Origin: Gracilinanus agilis
Taxonomy: Eukaryota
Direction: 5' to 3'
Assembly: GCF_016433145.1 (NCBI RefSeq)
Contig: NC_058134.1
Span: 216,762,137-216,826,136, forward strand
Length of the DNA stretch: 64,000 bases
Shown here in pieces: positions 52,301-62,552 of the stretch. The position numbers were made by a program, and so were the translations under genes. The notes beneath the pieces are model-generated. The model worked only from the letters and a program-made list of their open reading frames with translations. It was not told the origin of the DNA and searched no databases. The first letter of the stretch is position 1. Every line of letters begins with the position of its first letter.

Positions 52301-55300
52301 AACTCTAGGCTAAGGTCCACTCAAGTGACCCCTGAGCTTTGACACCAACTTGGAAATGAACTCAAGCAAGTTGACCACGGATCAGCTGTCTCCTGAAGGC
52401 CCATCAGGGGGCGCCAAAGCCTCCCATCCCCAGCAAAGCCTTGGCAGACAGGGCCAACTAGCACATGGTGTTTCTACCCTGGGAAGACTGGAGATTAGGA
52501 AAGGGGCTGGCTGTGAGGTTTTCCACCAAAAGGCCCTTTTCTACTCCCTGGGGCTAGCTGCCCCACTCCTCAGCATCCTAAATGAAGGATCCTGGACTAT
52601 CCCAGTGACTCTGGGTCAAGATGACGCCTTTGCCCATGTCTCCAAAGTTCTAGATGTCTTGGATGGGTACCTAGGAAGACTCCCAGAAAACTGAGGCAGA
52701 AGAAAGGTCAAGAACAGAAGCTGGGAATGCCAGTCTGGCCCAGAGGTGTTTCAGGAGAGCCCTTTGATCCTCTAATCTGCTCTGGAAATCTTTTTCAGTA
52801 TTTACATGCAGAGGAAGAGAAAAAGGGGAGTAGGGGTGAAGAAAAGAGGAAAGGAGGAAGACAGGAGAAAAGAGAAGAAGGGAGGAGGAAAGAAGAGAAA
52901 AGGAGGTGAGAAGGAGGACAAGAAAGAGAGAAGAGAGAAGAGGAGAGGAGAGGAGAGAAGAGAGGAGAGGAGAGGAGAGGAGAGGAGAGGAGAGGAGAGG
53001 AGAGGAGAGGAGNNNNNNNNNNNNNNNNNNNNNNNNNNNNNNNNNNNNNNNNNNNNNNNNNNNNNNNNNNNNNNNNNNNNNNNNNNNNNNNNNNNNNNNN
53101 NNNNNNNNNNNNNNNNNNNNNNNNNNNNNNNNNNNNNNNNNNNNNNNNNNNNNNNNNNNNNNNNNNNNNNNNNNNNNNNNNNNNNNNNNNNNNNNNNNNN
53201 NNNNNNNNNNNNNNNNNNNNNNNNNNNNNNNNNNNNNNNNNNNNNNNNNNNNNNNNNNNNNNNNNNNNNNNNNNNNNNNNNNNNNNNNNNNNNNNNNNNN
53301 NNNNNNNNNNNNNNNNNNNNNNNNNNNNNNNNNNNNNNNNNNNNNNNNNNNNNNNNNNNNNNNNNNNNNNNNNNNAAGGGAAGGGAAGGGAAGGGAAGGG
53401 AAGGGAAGGGAAGGGAAGGGAAGGGAAAAAAGGAAGGAGAGAACAAGATAGAAGAGAGAAAAGGAGAGGAGAGAGGAAGAAGGAAAGAGGGGAGAGAGGA
53501 GAGAAGAGAAAGACAGAGGAGACAAAAGAAGATAAGAGGAAGGAGGAAGGAGGGAAGAGATGGAAGAGGAGAGAGGAAAAAGGAAGGAGAGAAAGAGAAA
53601 AGAAAAGGAGGCATGAGGAAAAAAGAAGGAGGGAGACAGAGCCAGAGAAGAGAGTGGAGAGAGGAAGAAGGAAGGAGAGAAAAGAAGGGAGAAGAGAAGG
53701 AGCCAGGGATGGAAGCAAAGGAATGGAAGTAGAAGAGAATAGAGGGCACAGAAGGAGGAAAGAAGAGAGAGGAAAGGAAAGAGAATGGGGAAGGGGGTAA
53801 TGGCAAGGGAGATAAGAATGTCACAGGGATGGAATCAAGAAGTTGTGGGTCCAAGCCATGCTCCAGATCCAATCTTTACTCACCCCTCCAAGATCCCAGG
53901 TACAGTCTGGGTACTGCTTTGTACCAGTGATTTCAAGAGTCTTGACCCTTCCCTCTGTGCCCCATCCCCAAGTGACCTCTAAAATGCAGGCTCTATTCTT
54001 TCTTTTCTACTTTGTGGCCTGGGCCAGTCCCCAGTCAAGCCAGAAGTCCTGGGAAAAATCCTGGAGCCTGGATTCCTGTCCCCAAGTTCCTCCTCAGCCC
54101 AAATAGCAATTTGGAGCACTCTCAACCAATACCACAGAGCACTTTCTGACCCCTCCTTCTGGACATGTCCTTCAGCTGAGCCTCAGTTTCTCAGTGAAAT
54201 GGAGATGGCAATCCTCACCCCATTCTTCCCAGTGTTGCCAGAGCCCCAAGTTACTAATGGAGATGTGGAAACTTTGCATACTATTGAGTGCTGCCCAAAG
54301 GACCCTTAAGAGCAGAATCCTGGGCCCTGCACAGATGCAGGCACTCACCATTGACCAGGCAGGGGCCCTGCTCTCCGGGGCTCTCCCCCTGTACACTGGA
54401 ACGTGGCCGAGGGACAGGCTGGGGGCCAGGGGATGTCTCCGAGGCTTTCCTTGGGGCAGGAGTCGGCCGGGGTGGCGCTGGCGAAGAAGTCAGCTCCTGA
54501 GGCTTGTTGGGGAGGGGGGGTTTGGACAGAGTCTGAGGCAGGGGCTCCAGGCTGGGCTGTGGCTCCCCCTGATCCCTCCTGGAAACAGCAGAGTCTTCCT
54601 CATCCTCACCCACAGCAGTAGCCTCTGTCCGGTCTGTCCCCTCTGGGGGTTGCAGGGCCGTTTTGGGCCTGCCTTCTGTCCGCCCCAGGGGGCCCAGCTT
54701 GCCCCGATGCTGAGTGCACACAAAGGTGCCTGCCTCTGGTCCGTTCTTGTAGGCTCCAGGGAGCAGGGTGCTGGAGCACTCCTTACATCTGTGGGAGAGA
54801 GGCACCCATGAGCCAGGGAAGAGCCTAGGCCCCAGGAGCTGAGAGGCGGGGCCCCAATCAGGGAATCAGAAATCTGGACTTGGAAAGGTTATTGGAGCTG
54901 CATTTAGCAGAGCTCATTTAGCGGAGCTGCAAGGAGCCTCAGGAGAGCTAGTCCAAGCTCCTCATTTTACAGATAAGGACACTGAGGCCCAGAGTGGCAG
55001 GGCAGGATCAGGTTTTGACATAAAGGCCTGCGCCACTTTTCCCCCTGCACCCCCTAAAAGCAGGCTAGATGGCTGCTTCCCGAAAACCTTCCCATGTAGC
55101 TTCTGAGCCCATGGGTAAGTCCCGGGCCAGCTGGGGCAGGACTGACCCCCGGGGGACTCGTGCTGCTGTTGGGCAGAGGAGGCAGCTCTTGGCTGCTCCC
55201 CTTCATCCAGCTCACCTGAAGCACTGACGATGATAAAGCTTGCCCTCCGCCAGATAGCGCTGTACCAAGTGGACATGCTGGTGACAGGCAGCACAGGTGC

Positions 55301-58239
55301 TGCTGGGGATGCCACGGGAGCCCTGCTCAGCCAGGCTCTCCGGGGCAGCCTCCGGCTCATCCTGGGGGAGAGAGAGAGCTCAGCCCAGCAGGGCTAAAGT
55401 CAGAGCCCCATCCCCAACCTCCACCCCAAGCCCACCACATTCTGGGTGCTTTTGTTCAGTCATTCAACAAACATTTAGGGGAGGCTTAGACAAGACCACA
55501 GTGGTTGTCCTCATCGGGTAAACAGCCTAGCCAGGGGATGAGACACCAGGACAGATAACTACTCGCAGGACTATAGGCTAAGAACATCTCTGAGGACAAA
55601 GGCAGGAAGGGGATGAAGCAAGGGCGACTGGACCTATGCTTTCAAAGGGGCAGAGTCCCTCTACCTGAAGCCTGGCACCTTCTGGGCAACTCAGAGACAC
55701 AGAGAATTGCCTGCAGGCAGTGCAGACCCAAAGACTTATCTTAGAGGTCCCTGAGTCCAATCCTTCTTACTTTACATGAGAGAAAATTAAGGTCCAGACA
55801 GGGGAAGTTAGCTACTAGGGGACTTGTCTGAGATCACACAGGTAGAGGGTCCTAGGTCCAGTGCTGGAAGGGCCCTCAGAGACCATCTAGTCCAACTCCT
55901 TCTTTTTTTTTTAAACTCTTACCTTCTGTCTTAGAATTAATACAAAATACTGGTTCCAAGGCAGAAGAGCAGTAAGTCCAAGGCAATTAGGGTCAAGTGA
56001 CTTGTCCAGGGTCACACGGCTAGGAAGTATCTGATGCCAGATTTGAACCCAGGACCTTCTGTCTCTAGACCTGGCTCTCAATCCACTGAGCCACCTGTTG
56101 CCCTTCAATAACTCTTATTTCAACATAATTTCTTTTGTGATCCTCAGGATTTGATTTTATGTATTAAATACATGATCCTGAGCCCAGAAAGACAATAAAC
56201 CCTGCTTACGGAATGAGCACCTCGGGTACTGACTCTTTCCCAAGCCTACTTTGGTCTAGGAAGTGAGATTCCCCTGTGGATGTCACATCCTGGGCTCTGT
56301 GATAATGAGATTAAATCTACCCTGCCCATTCTTAGATTTAATCACCAAAGGTGAAAACGATCCCACTTAATTCTCATGTGGGGAGGTCTGTGACTCAAGT
56401 GTGCAAGAGTGAGTGACAAATCAGAATTGACTGATTTCCCCCTGGGCAGTCCTAAGCAAAGCGTTTGCTTTGATTGGACACGTAAACTAGAGGAAGGCAC
56501 AGGAAGTGATGCAAAAGAAGTGCCTTTAAAAGGGAGTGACAACTTCCTTTGAGTGAGTTCTCCTCTGTTCTTGTTCACTTCTTGGACCTGGAGGAGCACT
56601 GGCTGGGACCCTGAGACCTTGGTGAGACTTCTTAAATCTCTCCCTTGGAACTACATATACTGAGTGACAAAGGCTGACTACCTTAGCTTCCCTGGAGGCT
56701 CCCTTGATTGGGAGGAGCTCTTGTGGCTAAAACCCTTGTTAATTGACTTTTAGGCTCTTCTGCTGGGACCTCTGGAGCCCTGCTGGAGTAAAGCCAAGAC
56801 TTGAATACATAATCTAGTTCGTTAAGCTAGATCTCTTACTCTACCCTCTTCTCATTGTTCTACTTTCACTCTCCTATATTTTATAAATAAATTACTAAAA
56901 TCATTTTAGAAATTGATATTTATTCCATTCCTTGGTGACTACTCATTTAGATATTAATATCCAACAACAACAAAAAAACCTTTTTTCTTCTTATAGCTCC
57001 CAGACTCATTCAAAATAGAGAACCTGCCAGTCTCCATTGCCCTGGAGGGCAGGGAGCCTTCTGGCCTTCCTGGCCATCCCCAGGGATTCTCTAAGAGTCC
57101 CTCCTTGCACAGATGCCCTAGATCTCTTTCTGCCATCTCTGAGAAGGGGGCAGCCACCAACCTACCTGGATCTTGCTATTCTCTGTGTCAGCTTTGGGAG
57201 CTGCAGCTGATGCCGAAGGGGAGGAAGGACCTGCTGGGTATTTTCCAGGTGGAGAGACGCTGCCTGGGAAATGATAGGGAGAGGAGATGCTGGCCAACTG
57301 CTTGGTGCTTCCCCCTAGCGTGGCCCAGGAATGTCTGCAGGCCCCCACCCCCTCCACCTGGACACTGACCTAGGAAATCCCCACCCCACCAGCTCCACAT
57401 TCTGAAGCGGGGCAGGGACCAAAGGAAGGAAATAGGCAGGAGGGGTGCCACACTCTGGCAGCAGGCCTCCAGGGCAACAAGTGGCCCCAATCAAAGTGAG
57501 CTCCAGCCCACCCTGCCGCCACACCTGGGGCTGGCACCCAAGAAGCCAAGGGAGAATTCTGGGGACTCACCTTGGCTGGGGTTCGTAAAATGATTATAAT
57601 ACTGAGACACATAGGTCATGATGCTAAGGCAGTCAGGCACACTCATGGAGACCATGTCGTTGGGGTCCAGCAGGGCTGGGATGCCCAGCTCCCGCTCTGC
57701 CACCTCAAAGGCCTGAAGGGAGACAGGGGATGGCATGAAACATCAGAGTTCTGGGCAGAGAGGGGCAGCAGGGAGCCACGAGGACCAGGGGCAGATTCAT
57801 CGCAGCTGATTCCTGCAGCCACGGGACAATGGCTCTGGGAGGGACAGGACGGCCTGGTTTCCCGGACGCCAGACAGCACCAGGCCAAGAGGGATTGGGGA
57901 GAAAGGAAGAGCAGGGGGGAGCAGGGCACCAAGCCGGACAGGGGAGGGGCATTCCCACCAGAGACCATTCACCTCCCTGGGCTGGCAGCTTTGCCGGAGC
58001 CATTCAGAGCCAATGGAGCCAGGCTGACGGGCATGTTGGACCATCTTGGAGGCAGAAATGGCCTGCCCTGTCTGCCATTCCTATCCCACAAGGCTGAGCT
58101 TATCAGATGGTCCCCAACTCCCCCGCTCCCAGGCACCCCCCCACCTTCTGTTCCCACTTTTGTTCTAGGCCCCATCTGTCTGGGACTCACCAGGCGGTTA
58201 TTTTCATAGACATTGTCCTTGGAGAGCGAGTCGAAATCT
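37265..58239 (-). CDS. MICALL1: MICAL-like protein 1, 5'-partial (coding exons 2-16, 2410 nt)
   Basis: Exons 58239-58191, 57712-57571, 57263-57166, 55361-55216, 54788-54349, 50086-50023, 48373-48009, 47580-47186, 43287-43153, 42547-42421, 42199-42109, 41029-40956, 40091-39977, 38246-38200 and 37386-37265 splice in frame. They give a CH domain, a LIM domain, a proline-rich linker with two NPF motifs ([17 protein letters not shown]), and a C-terminal Rab-binding coiled coil ending KSKSPKDKS*. Exon 1 is not in the window. Confidence 0.96.
38200..38246 (-). CDS. MICALL1: MICALL1 exon 15
   Basis: [15 protein letters not shown]. Confidence 0.94.
38540..38722 (-). mobile_element. SINE1_Mdo-like
   Basis: Reverse-complement SINE body. 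Confidence 0.8.
39418..39618 (+). mobile_element. SINE1_Mdo-like
   Basis: Full SINE body. Confidence 0.85.
39977..40091 (-). CDS. MICALL1: MICALL1 exon 14
   Basis: [37 protein letters not shown]. Confidence 0.95.
40620..40870. repeat. Polypyrimidine (CT-rich) low-complexity tract
   Basis: Almost purely C/T on +. Confidence 0.9.
40956..41029 (-). CDS. MICALL1: MICALL1 exon 13
   Basis: [24 protein letters not shown]. Confidence 0.95.
41286..41676 (-). mobile_element. Two tandem SINE1_Mdo-like copies
   Basis: 41286-41463 and 41478-41676. Confidence 0.85.
41826..41958 (+). mobile_element. 5'-truncated SINE1_Mdo-like
   Basis: cagatacttcctagctgtgtgacccgggg...ttctaagatggaagagaaggattaaaaa. Confidence 0.75.
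42109..42199 (-). CDS. MICALL1: MICALL1 exon 12
   Basis: [29 protein letters not shown]. Confidence 0.95.
42421..42547 (-). CDS. MICALL1: MICALL1 exon 11
   Basis: [42 protein letters not shown]. Confidence 0.95.
43153..43287 (-). CDS. MICALL1: MICALL1 exon 10 (second NPF motif)
   Basis: [11 protein letters not shown]...[18 protein letters not shown]. Confidence 0.95.
45945..46510 (+). repeat. Purine-rich tract interrupted by a SINE1_Mdo-like copy (46196-46400)
   Basis: GA-rich sequence on both sides of the SINE. Confidence 0.8.
47186..47580 (-). CDS. MICALL1: MICALL1 exon 9
   Basis: [23 protein letters not shown]...AVPKSSSEP...PQPAKPC...PQLHVK. Confidence 0.94.
47686..47890 (+). mobile_element. 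SINE1_Mdo-like
   Basis: Full SINE body. Confidence 0.85.
48009..48373 (-). CDS. MICALL1: MICALL1 exon 8 (first NPF motif)
   Basis: [19 protein letters not shown]...[11 protein letters not shown]...[29 protein letters not shown]. Confidence 0.95.
50023..50086 (-). CDS. MICALL1: MICALL1 exon 7
   Basis: [20 protein letters not shown]; ctag| and CG|GTATGT. Confidence 0.9.
52810..53800. repeat. About 1 kb polypurine tract with (AGAGG)n and (AAGGG)n arrays flanking an assembly gap
   Basis: Direct reading of the sequence. Confidence 0.92.
53013..53375. other. Assembly gap (363 N)
   Basis: Run of n. Confidence 1.
54349..54788 (-). CDS. MICALL1: MICALL1 exon 6
   Basis: [27 protein letters not shown]...[10 protein letters not shown]...CLVN. 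Confidence 0.94.
55216..55361 (-). CDS. MICALL1: MICALL1 exon 5 (LIM domain, first part)
   Basis: [28 protein letters not shown]. Confidence 0.94.
55905..56103 (-). mobile_element. SINE1_Mdo-like
   Basis: Reverse-complement SINE body. Confidence 0.85.
56136..56966 (+). mobile_element. Probable ERV solo LTR
   Basis: About 830-bp block that is not SINE or LINE, with TG...CA ends. U3-R-U5 order: inverted CCAAT 56472-56477, ETS ACAGGAAGTG, TTTAAAA TATA-like 56525-56531, AATAAA 56886-56891. No target-site duplication identified. Confidence 0.55.
57166..57263 (-). CDS. MICALL1: MICALL1 exon 4 (linker)
   Basis: cccag|GC AGC GTC TCT CCA CCT...ATC CAG|GTAGGT; the phase fits exons 3 and 5; sequence is divergent. 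Confidence 0.82.
57571..57712 (-). CDS. MICALL1: MICALL1 exon 3 (CH domain)
   Basis: [47 protein letters not shown]. Confidence 0.96.
58191..58239 (-). CDS. MICALL1: MICALL1 exon 2 (CH domain)
   Basis: [16 protein letters not shown]; ctag| and |GTGAGT. Confidence 0.93.
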
Positions 58240-58459
58240 CTAGAACAGACAAAGAAAGTAAGGGGTGAGACAGACAGACAGGGGCTCAGCAGGTTTGGTG
58301 GAGGAGGAGGGGGAGGGTTCAGGGTCCCATCAACTGCTGGGGGAGGGGCTGGTGGTGTCTGGCACTTAACTGACCCTGTGCCTTCTCATCTTCGCAAAGC
58401 CTGGGGGAAGGAACCAAGTATCCAAATACTTAGAACTTTAGGGTTTTAGACCATAGAAG

Positions 58460-58835
58460 ACCTTAGAGAAAGGAATGTCAGAGCTGGGGGGGAGCTTAGA
58501 ACAGGGAATGTCAGAGCTGGGAGGGAGTTTAGAACAGGGAATGTCAGAGCTGGGAGGGAGCTTAGAACAGGGAATGTCAGAGCTGGGGGGAGCTTAGAAC
58601 AGGGAATGTCAGAGCTGGGAGGGAGTTTAGAACAGGGAATGTCAGAGCTGGGAGGGAGCATAGAACAGGGAATGTCAGAGCTGGGGGAGAGCTTAGAACA
58701 GGGAATGTCAGAGCTGGGGGGGGAGCTTAGAACAGGGAATGTCAGAGCTGGGAGGGGGCTTAGAACAGGGAATGTCAAAAGCTGGGAGAGAGCTTAGAAC
58801 AGTGAATGTCAGAGCTGGGAGGGGCCTGAGAACTG
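58460..58835 (+). repeat. Minisatellite, 11 copies of a ~33-bp unit (cttagaacagggaatgtcagagctgggagggag)
   Basis: Counted 11 gaatgtca cores between 58470 and 58815. Confidence 0.93.
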
Positions 58836-59694
58836 GGGCCTGAGGAATCATCCTAGTGTTTCAGAGCCATATATGTCTCATACCACCCCAGAGGGAAGTG
58901 AGAAGCAGGGGGATTGGAGAAAACAGACACTGAACCAACCCAGAGCTTGTCTAACCTCTAAGCATGAGTCAGGAGTAGGCCCAGGAGAGGAAGCCCAGAA
59001 TCCTGGTTCAAGCTCTGCCCACTGCCCAATCTGCTCTCCTGTCTCCTTTTAAATGCTGATGGCGGCTTCTGCTTGGCCTTCTGGGGACCCCGAGCCCCTC
59101 CAACCCCTTTTTCCTGCTATACACACACAAGCGCACATGCACAAGCACACAGAAAGAGGAACCATTCCCCTCAGGGACAAAGTTTCAGTAAACACTGATT
59201 AGACACAGAAGGTGAGCCAAGGCTGAGAAGATTCTGAGATGAGCAGGATTAGGCCCCTATTCTTAAGGAGCTTGATACAGAGAAAAACACATTGACTCAA
59301 TATGATTTGAATTCAAATCCTGCCTCTGATTGCTTACTACCTGTATGAGTTTGGACAAGTCACTTTCCACCCCCTCCTTGGGCCCCAGTGTTCTCATCTG
59401 TGAAACAAGGAGTTTGGCTTCCCAGACCCATTTCAGCTCTAAGTTTATCTTAGGAGAGATAAGGGTCAAGAATAGGGAAGATCTGAGTTCAAATCCAGCC
59501 TCAGACGCTCACTAGCTATGTGACCCTAGGCAAGTCACTTAACCTCTGCCAAAGTTCCCTCAACTGTAAAAGAGATAATAACAGCACCTACTTTCCAGGA
59601 CTCTTATGATGATCAAATGAGATAACTGCAAAAAGTTTAGCATAGTAGCTGCTTAATAAATATTTATTCTTATGCCTAAAGGGCTTTAAAAGAT

Positions 59695-60600
59695 TGTCTG
59701 CCCTTTGATCCAGCCATACCACTGCTGGGTTTATACCCCAAAGAGATCATAAGGAAAAAGACATGTACAAAAATATTTATAGCTGTGCTCTTTGTGGTGG
59801 CAAAAAATTGGAAAATGAGGGGATGTCCTTCGATTGTGGCTAAATGGCTGAACAAATTATGGTATCTGCTGGTGATGGAATACTATTGTGCTCAAAGGAA
59901 TAATGAACTGGAGGAATTCCACGTGAACTGGAATGACCTCCAGGAATTGACGCAGAGTGAAAGGAGAAGAACCAGGAGAACCTCATACACAGAGATGGAT
60001 ACACTGTGGCAAAATTGAATGTAATGGACTTCTCTACTAGCAGCAATGCGATGATCCAGAGCAAGCCCAAGGGACTTATGAGAAAGAACAGTATCCACAT
60101 TCAGAGAAAGAACTGTGGGAACAGAAACACAGAAGTAAAACAACTGCCTGATCACATGTTCAATGGGGATATTATTGGGGACGTAGACTCTAAACGATGA
60201 CCCCAGTGCAGATATCAATAATATGGAAATAGGTCTTGATCAATGACACATGTAAAACCCTGCAGAATTGCTCACTGGCCACAGGAAGGGGGTTGGAGGA
60301 GGGGAGGGAAAGAACTTGAATCATGTAACCACGGAAAAATACTCCAAATTAATTAAAATTTTGGAAACAAATAAATGTTTGTTCTGTTGAATCATGTGAC
60401 CATGGGGAAATATCCTCAATTAATTAATTGAATGAGCTTGATTAAAAAATAAATAAATGTTTGTTCTATGATACGCATAAAACTCAGTGGAATTGATCAC
60501 TGGCTACGGGAGGGGGGAAGAAAGAGGGAAGGGAAAAAGCATGAATCATGGAACCATGGAAAAATACCTTAAATAAATTAATAAATTAATGAATGAATAA
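59695..60600 (+). mobile_element. 5'-truncated L1 (ORF2 C-terminus plus 3' UTR), antisense to MICALL1
   Basis: LFVVAKNWKMRGCPSIVAKWLNKLWYLLVMEYYCAQRNNE matches the L1 ORF2p C-terminal motif (…W…CP…W…K.W…MEYY.A.K…); A-rich tails. Confidence 0.85.
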
Positions 60601-60617
60601 TAAAGAAATATTTGTTG

Positions 60618-60820
60618 GGGGGAGCGGCATCTGGGTGGCTCAGTGGATAGAGAGAGAGCCAGGCCTAGAGATGGGAGGTCCAGGGTTCAAATCTGGCCTC
60701 AAGACAGTTCCTAGCTGTGTGACCCTGGGCAGGTCACTTCACCTCCATTGTCTAGCCCTTACCACTCTTCTGCCTTAGAATCAACGCACAGTATGGATTC
60801 TAAGATGGGTTTAAATAAAC
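60618..60820 (+). mobile_element. SINE1_Mdo-like, immediately after the L1 tail
   Basis: Full SINE body. Confidence 0.82.
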
Positions 60821-62347
60821 AAATAAAGGTTTGTTTTCTTCCAGACTTGTTCTCTTCCCTGTAAGCTGTATGATTCTGCTTATAGGACCAACAGTGTCTC
60901 TGCCTGTTTCCTCCTCTGTAAAATGAAGGGGTTGGATTTGAGGATTTGAGAAAGGCCAGGGGGAGAGGGGTAGGGGTCCCTTCTAGGACCAACTTTGCAC
61001 AAAGCTGGCAGTGATGGGGACAAACCCGAGCTCCAGAAGAGAAGCTGGGAGGTGGGGGAGACAGGGGCAGTAATCAGCAAAGGCTTCAAGAAAGAAGTGG
61101 CATCTGAGCCACTTCTCAAAAAAAGAAGGTTTTCATAGGATTTGCAGCCAGAACAGGATGTTACCAGTTCATGCCATCATAGAATAGCCCCCTTAGTTTA
61201 CAGAGGAAGAAACTGAGGCCCACAGTGGATCAGAGATGGCCCTGCTGTGTCGGGTGAGAAGCAAGGCTAATGGTTCCACCTCTAATTAGCACTCTTAACA
61301 GGTGGCCTGCCTCAACTCTAACATCCCAGAACAGGCAGGGAAGAGAAGGGGCCCTAGACATCACCGAGGGAGGGGAAGTAATTGGGGATCACAGATCTAG
61401 GGGTGGAATGGACTTCAGGGGACAGCTAGGTCAATCCCCACCTTTTACAAAGAAACAGACAGGAGCTGAGGGAGAGAGGGGGATTCACGGCCACGGATCT
61501 GGCCATCTGGGCTTGATCTCCCTTATTTTACAAAGGAGGAAACTGAGGCACAGAGAGGTATCAGTCTGGCTCCTCTGGGCAGGAAACTGCCGCGCCAGGG
61601 TGCCAGCCCAAGTTCCCGACTCCTTAATCCCCTGCTCTCTCTCAGGCCCTTCGGTCTGGCCTTGTATCCCTCCTAATTGGTTGTGTCTCTTCCTCCTTTC
61701 CCAGACTGTGGGTTAGCCCGGCGGGCAGACAAGGAGCTGTGCTCAGGTGTGGAGGCGATGACCCCTTCCCCATGATGAGAACCTGAGCAAGAGTGAGCAG
61801 AAGGGGTGGGGCGGGGCGGCACACCTACTCCAGCATGCCCGGTCCTGACCCAGGAGGGCTGCGGAGCAGCATGGAGAGCTCCTCACCAGGCGCTTTGGGG
61901 TCAAGGAAGCCAGGGAGGGCTGGCTGGGCTGGGCGGAGGGAAGCCTGCTGTGGCTTCTGGCCTTCCCTCTGGCCAAACGTCAATATGGCTGAGGCCTTCA
62001 CATCGATAGGAAAGAAACCTCCGCCAGGGATGGCAATGGCTCCCCTGGCATCGAGCTTGGCAGGGAGTGCCAACGGGCCATCCGCACCTCTTATCGAGCC
62101 AGAGAGGACCTCAGGAGGACATCGTGGGCAGAGGCAGCGCTCTGACATCCACGCTCTAACTTCGCCTCTCATCACCCAGGATCTTCCATCTACACGGGGC
62201 AGGCGCCTTGGAAGGCCTGTTTTACAGATGAAGGAAACTGAGGGAACAAGAAGTTCAGTGATTTGCTCGGGGTCATAGTTAGTCTCTGGGGTGAGAGCTG
62301 AGCCCAAGTGTTCTTAGGTCCAGGACCTGAGCCATTCCACTGGGGGG

Positions 62348-62552
62348 CCTCAGAACACCAGGGGACGGCAGAGCTGGTCAGGGGGAAAGCTTAGACCAGG
62401 GGACGGCAGAGCTGGGAGAAGCCTCAGAACAGGGGATGGCAGAGCTGGGAGGAGGCTTGGAATAGGCAATCTCAGGGCTAGGCAGAAGATTAGAACAGGG
62501 CAGGTCAGAGCTGGGAGGGAGCTTAGAACCAGGAATGTCAGGGCTGGGAAGG
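62348..62552 (+). repeat. Degenerate minisatellite, ~6 copies of a unit related to 58460-58835
   Basis: Units of the form cttagaacagggNNNNNcagagctgggag. Confidence 0.75.

Noticed and set aside
52671-53872. Several 180-356-aa ORFs
   Set aside because: Artefacts of the purine tract and the N gap
58460-58835. Tandem array considered as CRISPR-like
   Set aside because: Head-to-tail units with no unique spacers; eukaryotic minisatellite
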